Shown: one piece after another, positions 9,007 through 18,158 of the stretch
Layout: the number at the start of each line of letters is the position of its first letter
Numbering within the stretch: position 1 is the first letter of the stretch
Origin: Candidatus Brocadiia bacterium
GTDB lineage: Bacteria > Planctomycetota > Brocadiia > CAIUPP01
NCBI GenBank assembly: GCA_050015075.1
Contig: JBEKCB010000005.1
Coordinates: forward strand, 32,001 to 96,000
Direction of reading: 5' to 3'
Length of the DNA stretch: 64,000 nucleotides
The notes under the pieces: model-generated
The model's database searches: none
What the model was told of the DNA's origin: nothing
What the model saw: only the letters and a program-made list of their open reading frames with translations
Program-made: the position numbers and the translations under genes

Positions 9007-10218
9007 ATGGTCACCCCCGAAGAAGCTTGGAGAATCGTCCTCAAGCATGTCCGGCCGTTGCGGTGCATTGCGACACCGCTGCGCGAAGCCGCCGGACTTT
9101 GCCTGGCCGAGGACGTGCGCGCCGACCGCGACCAACCGGCGGCCGACCGTTCCGCGATGGACGGATACGCCGTCCGTTCCGCCGACCTGCGCCGCGCGCC
9201 CTGTTCGCTCCGCCTGGTCGGCGAGGTGGCCGCCGGAAGCGCCGCGCGGCCGCGGGTCGCGCCCGGCACGTGCGTCCGGATACTCACCGGCGCGAACGTT
9301 CCGCCCGGCGCCGACACGGTGGTCATGGTCGAGCAGACACGCGAGGACCGCGGCGACGTCGCGTTTTTCACGCGGGCCGAAGCCGGCGACCACATTCTCA
9401 GGCGACACGAGGAAGCGCGCAAGGGCGAAGTTCTCCTGCGCAAGGGCTCTATTCTCGGTGCGGCGCAGATCGGCGTCTGCGCCGCCGTCGGCAAGGCGCG
9501 GATCAAAGTCTTTCCGCGGCCGCGCGTCGCCGTCGTCTGCACCGGCGCGGAACTGCGCGAAATCGGGGCGAAGGTGCGGCCGCATGAAATCCGCAACTCC
9601 AACGGGCCCGCCCTCTGCGCGGCGCTCGCGCTCTCCGGCCACGCCGGCGTCATTCAACACCGCGCGCCGGACGACCCGGAGCGCCTCACCGCCCTCGTGC
9701 GGCGGCTCGCGGCGCGGTGCGACGTGTTGATCCTCACCGGCGGCGTCTCCGTCGGCCGATATGATTTCGTCGAGGAATCCGCGAAAAAAGCCGGCGCAAA
9801 AATCTGCTTTCACGGCGTGGCGATGAAGCCGGGCAAGCCGATCCTGTATGCCACGCTCCCGCGCAATCGGCATCTCTTCGGGCTTCCGGGCAATCCGCTC
9901 AGCGCGCTGACCGGCTTCTACGAATTGGCGCTTCCGGCGCTGCTGCGCATGTCCGGCTTGCCGCCGGACCGATGCCGTCCGGCGCTTCGCCTGCCGCTTG
10001 GCTCGCCGCTCGCCTCAAAAGGCGGCCGCGTCCGCTTCGTCCTCGCGCGCCTCTCCTGGGACAATGCCGGGCCGCGCCTGGAGCCGGTGGATTCTCGAAG
10101 CTCCGCCGACCTCGCCTCCGGCGGCCGCGCCGACGGAGTGATCGCCGTCCCGGCGCACGTCACCGCCCTGGACGCGGGCGACGTGGTCGAATTCCGGCCG
10201 TGGAGGTCGCTGCCATGA
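9007..10218 (+). CDS. moeA: Molybdopterin molybdotransferase MoeA
   Basis: SAMDGYAV, ILTGANVPPGADTVV, TGGVSVGRYD, MKPGKP, GLPGNP. Confidence 0.93.
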   Translation: MVTPEEAWRIVLKHVRPLRCIATPLREAAGLCLAEDVRADRDQPAADRSAMDGYAVRSADLRRAPCSLRLVGEVAAGSAARPRVAPGTCVRILTGANVPPGADTVVMVEQTREDRGDVAFFTRAEAGDHILRRHEEARKGEVLLRKGSILGAAQIGVCAAVGKARIKVFPRPRVAVVCTGAELREIGAKVRPHEIRNSNGPALCAALALSGHAGVIQHRAPDDPERLTALVRRLAARCDVLILTGGVSVGRYDFVEESAKKAGAKICFHGVAMKPGKPILYATLPRNRHLFGLPGNPLSALTGFYELALPALLRMSGLPPDRCRPALRLPLGSPLASKGGRVRFVLARLSWDNAGPRLEPVDSRSSADLASGGRADGVIAVPAHVTALDAGDVVEFRPWRSLP

Positions 10219-11177
10219 CCGAGCCGCAGCGGCAACCGCTCTCCTTGCGGATCTCGGTCACGGACCGCTGCCAGCTCCGCTGCGTCCATTGCATGCCGCC
10301 CGAAGGCGTGGCGAAATTGCGGCATGAGGACATCCTGACGTTCGAGGAAATCCTTTGCTTCGTCCGCGTTGCGAAGGCGCAGTTCGACCTCTCCAAACTC
10401 CACGTCACCGGCGGCGAGCCGCTCGTCCGTGCGAACATCGTCCGCCTGGTGCGGATGCTCGCGGGCGAGGGAATTCCCGACCTGGTCCTCACCACCAACG
10501 GCCAGGACTTGGCCCGGAAGGCCGCCGCCCTTCGGCGCGCGGGACTGCACCGGATCAATATCAGCCTCCCGAGTCTCGACGAGAAGACGTACTCCGAGTT
10601 GACCCGCGGCGGCGCGCTCGGGCGGACGCTCCACGGCATCGCGCGCGCGCAGGCGGCGGGCCTCGCGCCCGTGAAGCTGAATGCCGTGATCTTCCGCGGC
10701 TGGAATGAGGACGAAGTCGAGCGCCTGGCGGCGTTTGCGCTGGAGCGCGGATGCGCGGTCCGGTTTCTGGAACTCATGCCGATCGGCTGCGCGCGCCCCC
10801 TGGCCGCCGACCGCTTCGTCCCCGCCGCGGAAATCAGGCGTCGCATCGAAGGCGCATTCGCCTTGACGCCGCTCGCCTACGAGCCCGGCCGGAGCAGCCG
10901 CGATTTCATGGCCGAAGATCGTCACGGCCGGCGCGGGGTCGTTGGCTTCGTCTCGTCCGGGACCGAGCCGTTCTGCGTCGGCTGCACGCGCCTGCGGCTG
11001 ACCAGCACCGGCGAGATCATCGGCTGCCTGTCGCGCGGGCGAGGCATCTCCATCCGGAGATTTCTCCGGTCCAATCAGGACGAGCGAGTGGCGGCCGCCA
11101 TCCGGCGCGTGGTGGCGGACAAGGGCCGCCGCCCGGACTTCCGCAGCCGGCGGCATATGGTCGCAGTCGGAGGATAA
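10215..11177 (+). CDS. moaA: GTP 3',8-cyclase MoaA (radical SAM)
   Basis: LRISVTDRCQLRCVHCMP, TGGEPL, FCVGCTRLRLT...CL, C-terminal GG. Confidence 0.92.
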   Translation: MTEPQRQPLSLRISVTDRCQLRCVHCMPPEGVAKLRHEDILTFEEILCFVRVAKAQFDLSKLHVTGGEPLVRANIVRLVRMLAGEGIPDLVLTTNGQDLARKAAALRRAGLHRINISLPSLDEKTYSELTRGGALGRTLHGIARAQAAGLAPVKLNAVIFRGWNEDEVERLAAFALERGCAVRFLELMPIGCARPLAADRFVPAAEIRRRIEGAFALTPLAYEPGRSSRDFMAEDRHGRRGVVGFVSSGTEPFCVGCTRLRLTSTGEIIGCLSRGRGISIRRFLRSNQDERVAAAIRRVVADKGRRPDFRSRRHMVAVGG

Positions 11178-11179
11178 CC

Positions 11180-12700
11180 GTGAAGTGGCGCCTCGCCGTC
11201 GTGGCCACCGTCTTCGCGGCGTTGATCGCCGCCGGGTTCTGGCGGATCCGTCCGAAGCCGGCGATTGCCGCGGAGCCGCTCACCGTCCTGGCCGCCGCGA
11301 GCCTCGCGGACGCCCTGCCGGAAATCGGCGACTCCTTCGAGAGGACGCACGACCGCGCGGTGCGATTCGATTTCGCCTCCTCCGGAATCCTCCGCGCCAA
11401 GATCGAGGCCGGCGCGCGCGCAGACCTGTTCATCGCCGCCTCTTCCGCCGAGATGGACAAACTCCAGGCCGCCGGCCGCGTCCGGGCCGAGGACCGGCGC
11501 GATCTGCTGACGAACCGCCTGGTCTGCGTCGTGCCCGGGCGCTCCACGGTTTCGCTGCGCGCCCCGGAAGACCTGGACACGCCGGCGGTGCGGCGGATCG
11601 CGATCGGCGACCCGGCGCACGTGCCCGCAGGCCAATACGCACAGGAGGCGCTCCGGCGCATGGGATTGTGGGAGCGGCTGCGCGACCGCCTGGTCCCGAG
11701 CGCCGACGTGCGCGCCGCGCTGGCGCAGGTGGAATCGGGCGCGGTGGACGCCGCTATCGTTTACCGGACCGACGCCGCTGCCGCCGACGGCGTCCGCGTG
11801 GCCTTCGAGTTCCCCGAGCACAGCCACGCGCCGATCCGGTACCCGGCCGCCTGCCTCGCGGACGCGCCGCATCCGGCCGCGGCGCGGGACTTCCTCGCTT
11901 TCCTGACCTCGGCGCCGGCGTCGGCGGTCTTCTCCTCGTACGGCTTTACGCCCGTCGCCGCGCCCGCCGCCGCCGCGGACCTCGTGCGCCCTGCGCCGGC
12001 CCCGGCCTGGAACGGCGCCGCCGCGGAGGCGCTCCAACTATCGTTGCGCGTCTCGCTGATCGCCACACTCCTCATGGTCCTCGCCGGCGCGCCGATCGCC
12101 CTGTGGCTGGCGCGGCGGAGAGGCGTGGCCAGCGCCGCGGCGGAAGGACTCCTGACTCTCCCGCTGGTGCTGCCGCCGGTGGTGACCGGCTATCTCTTCC
12201 TGCTCCTGTTCAGTCCTCAAGGCCCGCTGGGCCGGGCGCTCGAGCGGATCGGGATCCGCGTGGTCCTGGACTGGAAAGGCGCCGTGATCGCCTCCGCCGC
12301 GCTGGCATTTCCCTTGTTCCTCGCGGTGACGAAGGTGGCCTTCTCGAAGGCCGATCCGGCCCTGGAAGCCGCCGCGCGGACGCTGAACGCTTCGCCGCTC
12401 AGGGTAGTCATGACGGTCACGCTGCCGCCGGCGCTGCCCGGGCTGGCCGCCGGCGCGATGCTGGCCTTCGCGCGGGCCTTCGGCGAATTCGGCGCGACGA
12501 TGATGCTCGCCGGGAACATCCCCGGCCAGACGCGCACCGTCCCGCAGGCGATCTTCACCGAGTTGATGACCGGCCAGACGCACGCCGCGTGGGGACTCGT
12601 CGGGATCTCCGTCGTGATCGGGATCGCCTCCATCGTCGGCGCTCGACTCCTCCTGGCCACGTGGCGAAACGCCGGCGCGGAGCGGCCCGGCTATGCTTGA
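11180..12700 (+). CDS. modAB: Fused molybdate ABC substrate-binding protein and permease (ModA-ModB)
   Basis: N-half AAASL, FASSG, AIGDPAHVPAGQYA (ModA); Ala/Pro linker; C-half LPLVLPPVVTG, FARAFGEFGAT (ModB); one continuous frame from GTG 11180. Confidence 0.88.
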   Translation: MKWRLAVVATVFAALIAAGFWRIRPKPAIAAEPLTVLAAASLADALPEIGDSFERTHDRAVRFDFASSGILRAKIEAGARADLFIAASSAEMDKLQAAGRVRAEDRRDLLTNRLVCVVPGRSTVSLRAPEDLDTPAVRRIAIGDPAHVPAGQYAQEALRRMGLWERLRDRLVPSADVRAALAQVESGAVDAAIVYRTDAAAADGVRVAFEFPEHSHAPIRYPAACLADAPHPAAARDFLAFLTSAPASAVFSSYGFTPVAAPAAAADLVRPAPAPAWNGAAAEALQLSLRVSLIATLLMVLAGAPIALWLARRRGVASAAAEGLLTLPLVLPPVVTGYLFLLLFSPQGPLGRALERIGIRVVLDWKGAVIASAALAFPLFLAVTKVAFSKADPALEAAARTLNASPLRVVMTVTLPPALPGLAAGAMLAFARAFGEFGATMMLAGNIPGQTRTVPQAIFTELMTGQTHAAWGLVGISVVIGIASIVGARLLLATWRNAGAERPGYA

Positions 12701-13787
12701 GTTCAACCTCAAGGCGACCGTCGGGACCTTTCACCTGCAGGCGCAGGGGCGGCAGGAGTGCCCGCGCATGGGCCTCTTCGGCCCCTCCGGCGCCGGCAAG
12801 ACCACGCTCCTCCATTGCATCGCGGGGCTCATCCGTCCGAGCGAGGGCACGATCCGGCTCGACGACGAGGTGCTGTTCGATTCCGCGCGCGGGGTCAACG
12901 CGCCGCCGCATTGCCGCCGGACCGGATACGTCTTCCAGGAGGGCCGCCTTTTCCCGCACATGAGCGTCCGGAAAAACATCGAGTACGGGCGGCGGCCGGA
13001 TGCGGGCGCGCCCAGCCTGCCCGAACTGGCGAAGGTCCTCGACCTCGAGCGGCTCCTGGACCGCGCGCCGGGCACGCTCTCGGGCGGCGAGCGCCAGCGC
13101 GTGGCCCTGGCGCGATCGCTGGCCGCCGGGCCGCGGCTGCTCCTGATGGACGAGCCGCTCGCCTCCGTGGATGAGCCGGCCCGCCTGCGCGTCCTGGCGT
13201 ACCTGCAACGGGTCTACGATCGCTGGCGCCTGCCTTTCGTCTTCGTCAGCCATTCGCTGACCGACATCATCTTCCTGACCGAGCGCTCCTGGCGCATCGC
13301 CGACGGGCTTTTGCAGTCTCCCGTTGCGCCGCAGGACTTGCTGACCGGCTGCAGACAGGACGCCGGCGAGTCGGTCCTCAACGTGCTCAACGGAACGGTG
13401 GCCGAACGCGGTGAGCGGTCCGGGTACGCCGTCGTCTCATGCCAGGGTCAGCAGGTCAGGGTGCCCGGCGCCGGCCTGCGCGTCGGCGACGAGGTCGCGC
13501 TGGCGCTGCCGGCGCGGGACGTGCTCCTTTCGCTCGGGCCGCCGAGCGGCCTCTCCGCGCGCAACAGCCTGCAGGCCACGATACGGCGCCTCAGCCCGAA
13601 CGGCGCCGCGCTCTGGGCCGTCGTCGAGGTCGGCGCCACACCGCTGATGGTCCAACTGACGCCCGATGCCGCCCGCGACCTGCGGCTCGAGCCCGGACAG
13701 AGGATCCATGTGGTCTTCAAGACGCATTCGGTCAGTGTCACGCGCATCGGAGGAACCGGAACCGATGTCCAGGAAGAGCCGGCTTAG
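12693..13787 (+). CDS. modC: Molybdate ABC transporter ATPase ModC with TOBE domains
   Basis: GPSGAGKTT, GYVFQEGRLFPH, LSGGERQRVAL, SARNSL. Confidence 0.92.
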   Translation: MLEFNLKATVGTFHLQAQGRQECPRMGLFGPSGAGKTTLLHCIAGLIRPSEGTIRLDDEVLFDSARGVNAPPHCRRTGYVFQEGRLFPHMSVRKNIEYGRRPDAGAPSLPELAKVLDLERLLDRAPGTLSGGERQRVALARSLAAGPRLLLMDEPLASVDEPARLRVLAYLQRVYDRWRLPFVFVSHSLTDIIFLTERSWRIADGLLQSPVAPQDLLTGCRQDAGESVLNVLNGTVAERGERSGYAVVSCQGQQVRVPGAGLRVGDEVALALPARDVLLSLGPPSGLSARNSLQATIRRLSPNGAALWAVVEVGATPLMVQLTPDAARDLRLEPGQRIHVVFKTHSVSVTRIGGTGTDVQEEPA

Positions 13788-14253
13788 TCACGTCTCGGCG
13801 GATGGCGCCGCGCGGATGGTGGACGTCTCGCGGAAGGCCGTCACGCGGCGGACGGCGCGCGCCGAGGCCCTCGTGATCGTCGGCCCGGTGATCGCCGCGC
13901 TGCTGCGTAAAACCGGCGGCGTGGCGAAGGGCAACGTCGTCGAGACCGCGCGGATCGCCGGCATCATGGCCGCCAAGCGGACGGCCGACCTGGTGCCGAT
14001 GTGCCATCCGCTCACGCTCGACCACGTCGAGGTGCGCGTGGAATTGCGCGGAGTGCGCATGCGGATCGAAAGCGCCGTCCGCTGCCGCGAGCGCACAGGC
14101 GCGGAGATGGAGGCGCTCACCGCCGCCGCCGTCGCGGCGCTGACCATCTACGACATGTGCAAGTCCGCGGGCAAGGGGATCGAAATCCGCTCGGTGCGGC
14201 TGCTGGAAAAATCCGGCGGCAAGTCGGGACGCTGGAGGCGCGAGAACCCATGA
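13765..14253 (+). CDS. moaC: Cyclic pyranopterin monophosphate synthase MoaC
   Basis: ARMVDVS, IAGIMAAKRT, PMCHPL, TGAEMEAL, TIYDMCK, KSGGKSG. Confidence 0.95.
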   Translation: MSRKSRLSHVSADGAARMVDVSRKAVTRRTARAEALVIVGPVIAALLRKTGGVAKGNVVETARIAGIMAAKRTADLVPMCHPLTLDHVEVRVELRGVRMRIESAVRCRERTGAEMEALTAAAVAALTIYDMCKSAGKGIEIRSVRLLEKSGGKSGRWRRENP

Positions 14254-15215
14254 GCGCGGGCGTCATCGTGGCGATCTGTATCAGCGAGCGTAAAGGCGAG
14301 CGCAAGAAGCCGGTCGAGTCCGCCGTCTTCCGCGCCGGACACGGCATCGAGGGCGACGCGCACGCCGGGCCGTGGCATCGGCAGGTGAGCCTGCTGTCCG
14401 CCGCCGACATCGAAACGGTCCGGCGCAGCCTTCCGAACATCGCGCCGGGAGACTTCGCGGAGAACGTGGTGATCTCCGGATTGGATTTCCGCGAGATCGG
14501 CCTCGGCACGCGGCTGCGCCTGGGCGAGAGCGCAGTGCTCCGGGTGACGCAGATCGGCAAGGTGTGTCATTCGCCGTGCGAGATTCAGCGCGCGACGGGC
14601 GACTGCATCATGCCGCGCCTCGGCCTCTTCGCGCGGGTCGAATCCGGCGGCGCCGGGCGCAGAGGCGATCCGGCCGAGGTCCTCGACGCGGTCGCGCGGG
14701 AAACATTTCAGGCCGTCGTCCTGACGATGAGCGACCGTTGCTCGCGCAACGAGGCGAAGGATTCCGCCGGCCCCGCCGTGGCGCGCCGCGCGGAGGGAAA
14801 AGAACTCGGCGCCCACATTTACGCAGCCGAGATCCTGCCCGACGACCGAGCCGTCATCGAGCGCCGACTGCGGCACTATTGCGACGGACATTCCATTGAC
14901 CTGGTCCTGACGGTCGGCGGGACAGGCTTCTCGCCGCGCGACGTCACGCCCGAGGCCACGCGCGCGGTCGTCGAGCGGTTGGCGCCGGGCCTGGACGAGG
15001 CGATGCGCGCCGCCTCCACGGCCCGGACGCCGCACGCGATGCTCTCGCGCGGAGTCTCGGGCATTCGCGGCGCCACGCTCATCGTCAACCTGCCCGGCTC
15101 CGAGCGCGCCGCCGTGGAAAATCTCGAAGCTATCCTGCCCGCGCTCCGCCACGGCCTCGAAAAACTCCGAGGCGACCCGGCCGAATGTGGGCGGCCGCCG
15201 GAGCCATCGGGATGA
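14250..15215 (+). CDS. MOSC domain fused to MogA/MoaB molybdopterin adenylyltransferase
   Basis: N-half GIEGDAHAG, RQVSLL, PGDFAEN, TQIGKVCH..C..CIMP (MOSC); C-half GGTGFSPRDVTPEAT, LSRGVSG, NLPGS (MogA). Confidence 0.88.
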   Translation: MSAGVIVAICISERKGERKKPVESAVFRAGHGIEGDAHAGPWHRQVSLLSAADIETVRRSLPNIAPGDFAENVVISGLDFREIGLGTRLRLGESAVLRVTQIGKVCHSPCEIQRATGDCIMPRLGLFARVESGGAGRRGDPAEVLDAVARETFQAVVLTMSDRCSRNEAKDSAGPAVARRAEGKELGAHIYAAEILPDDRAVIERRLRHYCDGHSIDLVLTVGGTGFSPRDVTPEATRAVVERLAPGLDEAMRAASTARTPHAMLSRGVSGIRGATLIVNLPGSERAAVENLEAILPALRHGLEKLRGDPAECGRPPEPSG

Positions 15216-15694
15216 ACCGCCTTCCCCTTCCGAAGAATCTTCCGCTGCTCGCGGTCTGCGGCCATTCCGGCTCGGGCAAGACGACGCTGATCGAGGCGGC
15301 GACGCGGCGGCTCCGGCGAAAGGGGCTGGCGGTCGCGGTCGTGAAGCATGATGTTCACGGCGTGAACGTGGATCGCCGCGGGAAAGACAGCGACCGCATG
15401 TTCCGGTCGGGGGCCGACATTTTTCTCCACGGGCCGCGCGAGCGGCTCGCGCGCCTTCATTCCGGCGGCTTCGCGGAACTGCTCCGGCGGTACGATCTCG
15501 TGCTCGTCGAAGGCTGGAAGCGCGCCCCAATGCCGAAGGTGTGGCTCCTGGGACCGCGCGAGAGCCGCCCTCCGCGCGGAGTCGGAAATATCCTCGCGGT
15601 CCTGCCGCGCGGCGCGAAACGGCTCGAAGCGTTCATGGCGATCCTGGACGACCGGCTGGCCGGGAAACGAAGAAGTGCGAATGATGAATGTTGA
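15212..15694 (+). CDS. mobB: Molybdopterin-guanine dinucleotide biosynthesis protein MobB
   Basis: GHSGSGKTTLIE, VVKHDVH, GKDS, DLVLVEGWK. Confidence 0.88.
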   Translation: MNRLPLPKNLPLLAVCGHSGSGKTTLIEAATRRLRRKGLAVAVVKHDVHGVNVDRRGKDSDRMFRSGADIFLHGPRERLARLHSGGFAELLRRYDLVLVEGWKRAPMPKVWLLGPRESRPPRGVGNILAVLPRGAKRLEAFMAILDDRLAGKRRSANDEC

Positions 15695-15744
15695 AGTGAG
15701 GGTTGATGAAGCACTTCATCACTCATCATTCATACTTCTGACTT
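15664..15744. repeat. Heptamer-periodic palindromic element, family A, copy 2
   Basis: GAAGTGC GAATGAT GAATGTT GAAG...GATGAAGCACTTCATC ACTCATC ATTCATACTTCTGACTT; contains the stops of both convergent genes mobB and mobA. Confidence 0.8.
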
Positions 15745-16362
15745 GCGTTGAGCGGCGCGCCATTCTTCCGGCGTATTCACGTTCGTGAACGCCTTCCTGA
15801 GCTTCTCGGGCACGCGCGGCGAATGAATTCTCATTCCCGCCAGGATTCGCCGGAGGGACCGCTCGCCCGCGCGCGCTGCCGGCTCCATGAGGCTGCGCGC
15901 CCGAGGCGTGTAGAGCGCGATGAGCGGCTCGGGCCGGTCCGGCGCGTCGAGGTGGGGAACCACCGCGATGTCGCCGGGCTTCGCCCGCGCGAGCAGCCAG
16001 CGCAACGCGTCGGCAGACAGGAATGGAGCGTCGCAGGAAAGCACGATCCACCTCGTGCGCGGACGCCACCGGAGCGCGGCGAGAAGTCCGCCGAGCGGCC
16101 CTTCCACGCCGGGCGCATCCTGAATCCGCTGCATTGCAGACAGTTCTCCGCCGGGCAGCGGCGCTTCGCCGACGAGTACGACTTCGCGGGCGACTTCGCC
16201 GGCGGCGGCGACGATCTGCTCGAGCACGAATCCGCCGCCGTCCCGCAGCAGGGTTTTCGAGATCCCCATCCGCGAACTCCGCCCGCCGATCAGCACCGCC
16301 GCGCAAGTCGCGCGCAGTACGCTGCGCGCTCCTGGCTTCCGCCGGGCGGCTTTCACCTGCAA
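15730..16362 (-). CDS. mobA: Molybdenum cofactor guanylyltransferase MobA
   Basis: LIGGRSSRMG..K, GPLGGL, LSCDAPF, EPLIALY, FTNVNTPEE. Confidence 0.9.
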   Translation of the reverse strand: MQVKAARRKPGARSVLRATCAAVLIGGRSSRMGISKTLLRDGGGFVLEQIVAAAGEVAREVVLVGEAPLPGGELSAMQRIQDAPGVEGPLGGLLAALRWRPRTRWIVLSCDAPFLSADALRWLLARAKPGDIAVVPHLDAPDRPEPLIALYTPRARSLMEPAARAGERSLRRILAGMRIHSPRVPEKLRKAFTNVNTPEEWRAAQRKSEV

Positions 16363-17184
16363 TCAAGCCTCCTCTCGCAGCGCATCCGCGCCCGAGTAGA
16401 TCGTCAGGGTCCGCTCGCGGACGAAGCCGGCAAGGAACATGTTGAGCCTGCGCGCGAGTTCCACCGCCAGCGCCGACGGCGCGCTGACGCCGGCGACCTC
16501 GCTGATGCCCGCGCGCGCGGCCTTGGCGACCATCTCGAACGAGAGGCGGCCGGAAAGCAGCAGCGCCAGCCCCGGCTCGAGCATGCCGCTCTGAACGGCG
16601 GCGCCGACGGCCTTGTCCAGGGCATTGTGGCGGCCGAGGTCCTCGCGGACGACGCATTCGGCGCCCGGTTTGACGGGCGGGCGCGCGAGCGCGGCGGCAT
16701 GCGTGCCGCCGGTGCGCTGGAACATTTTCTGCCCGCGGCGCATGGCGTCCGCGAGCGCGAAAAGGTCCTCGGCGGCCAGCCGGCGCGGCGGCCGCACAAA
16801 GGCGGGAATGTCCGCGGCGATTTCCTCGATCATCTCCGCGCCGCAGACGCCGCAGGAGGAAAACACCCGGCGATGCGCCGGCAGCCGCCGCGGCCGCGCG
16901 CCTTCCGCGAGCACCACACGCGCTTCATTCCGGCCGCTCAATTCGCCCTTCGCGCAGAAGGAAATCGCGCCGATCTCCTTCGGCGAGCCGACGATGCCTT
17001 CGGTGAGAACGAACCCCATCACCAGCTCAACCTCGTCGCCCGGAGTCCGCATGAGTGTCGCGACCGCCTGGTCGCCGATGAGGATAGTCAGCGGCTCTTC
17101 GGCGACGAGCTCGCGCTGCTCGGGCGTCCACCGGCCCGGCCCGACGACGAAGCACTCCGTCAGGGGATTGGTTTCCTGGTTCAC
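16363..17184 (-). CDS. fdhD: Formate dehydrogenase accessory sulfurtransferase FdhD
   Basis: EEPL, MRTPG, SSCGVCG, TGGTHAAAL, REDLGRHNALDK, SAPSALAV. Confidence 0.94.
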   Translation of the reverse strand: MNQETNPLTECFVVGPGRWTPEQRELVAEEPLTILIGDQAVATLMRTPGDEVELVMGFVLTEGIVGSPKEIGAISFCAKGELSGRNEARVVLAEGARPRRLPAHRRVFSSCGVCGAEMIEEIAADIPAFVRPPRRLAAEDLFALADAMRRGQKMFQRTGGTHAAALARPPVKPGAECVVREDLGRHNALDKAVGAAVQSGMLEPGLALLLSGRLSFEMVAKAARAGISEVAGVSAPSALAVELARRLNMFLAGFVRERTLTIYSGADALREEA

Positions 17185-17195
17185 TGGTATTGCTC

Positions 17196-17308
17196 GGGAG
17201 ATGGGGTGATTGGGAGATTAGGAAATTAGGACATTGGGAAAATGCGCGTCGCGAAAGCCGCCAGGTTTAGTCTCCCAATCTCCTAATCACCCAATCTCCA
17301 AATCTCCC
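17196..17308. repeat. Octamer-periodic palindromic element, family C (GGGAGATT/AATCTCCC), copy 1
   Basis: GGGAGATG GGGTGATT GGGAGATT AGGAAATT AGGACATT ... AGTCTCCC AATCTCCT AATCACCC AATCTCCA AATCTCCC. Confidence 0.85.
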
Positions 17309-17315
17309 ACCGAAC

Positions 17316-18158
17316 TTACCATCTTTCCGGGAACGACGCATTGGTGAACATGCCCTCGACCCATGCCTTATGCCGGCGCTCGACCTCGGCGAGCCGGTGG
17401 AGCAGTTCGCGCTCCGGCCCTTCGGGATACATCGCGGCCCAGCTTTCGTAGAAGTCGGCGGCGAGCTTTTCCTTCCGCGCGGCCAGCAGGAAGGCGTCGG
17501 CCGGGGTCATGTCGGGCGAGAAATCCGGCGCGCTCGTGCTCTCGAGCACCGAGCCGGCGGCCGTCGGCTCTGAGGGCAGCGCGCCGCGGCCTTTCTTGAA
17601 CTCGGTCAGGAGACGCTTGTGCTCCTTCTCGTCGCGGGCGAGCGCCTCGAGGGTTTCCTTCGTGTCCTTGCGGGTGACGGACTTCGCCGCGCGCGCATAG
17701 AAGGACTGGGCCGCCTCCTCGTTCGCCACGGCGCGGGTGATGATCGAAGCGCCGGCGGGAGTCTTCCGCGCCCCCCGTCCAACAGCGGGGCCGCGCGCCT
17801 CGGCAATCCCTTTCAAGCGCCGCACGACCGCAGCCGGCTCGACGGGCAGGTCGAAGAGCGCGTCCACCTCGAGCGCGTCGGCCGATTCGAAGGTGCGGTC
17901 CCAGCCGGAGCGGTCGAGGTTCGTCGCCAGAAGCAGCGCCGCGCGGCTTTTCCGCGCGAGTCGGATCGCGCCGGGGAGCCGCGCGGCCAGTTCGCCCGCC
18001 TGGACCGCAAGGAAGATTCCGTCGCAGCCGGCGGCTGTCTTCGGGAGCTTCTTCAGATCGGCGCAGGTCCGCGTCGTCCAGCCTTCGGCCTTCATCTCCG
18101 CGGATAACGGCCCGGCCACAACGCCGGTCGCGTCAATGATCAGGATTTTCATTTTCAT
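17316..18158 (-). CDS. Pseudo-receiver domain fused to rubrerythrin/ferritin-like di-iron domain
   Basis: N-term KILIID with REC-like pattern lacking phospho-Asp and Lys; C-term NEEAAQSFY..DEKEH / KEKLAADFY..VERRH (two E...ExxH helix pairs); ATGA overlap with the fdhA stop. Confidence 0.75.
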   Translation of the reverse strand: MKMKILIIDATGVVAGPLSAEMKAEGWTTRTCADLKKLPKTAAGCDGIFLAVQAGELAARLPGAIRLARKSRAALLLATNLDRSGWDRTFESADALEVDALFDLPVEPAAVVRRLKGIAEARGPAVGRGARKTPAGASIITRAVANEEAAQSFYARAAKSVTRKDTKETLEALARDEKEHKRLLTEFKKGRGALPSEPTAAGSVLESTSAPDFSPDMTPADAFLLAARKEKLAADFYESWAAMYPEGPERELLHRLAEVERRHKAWVEGMFTNASFPERW

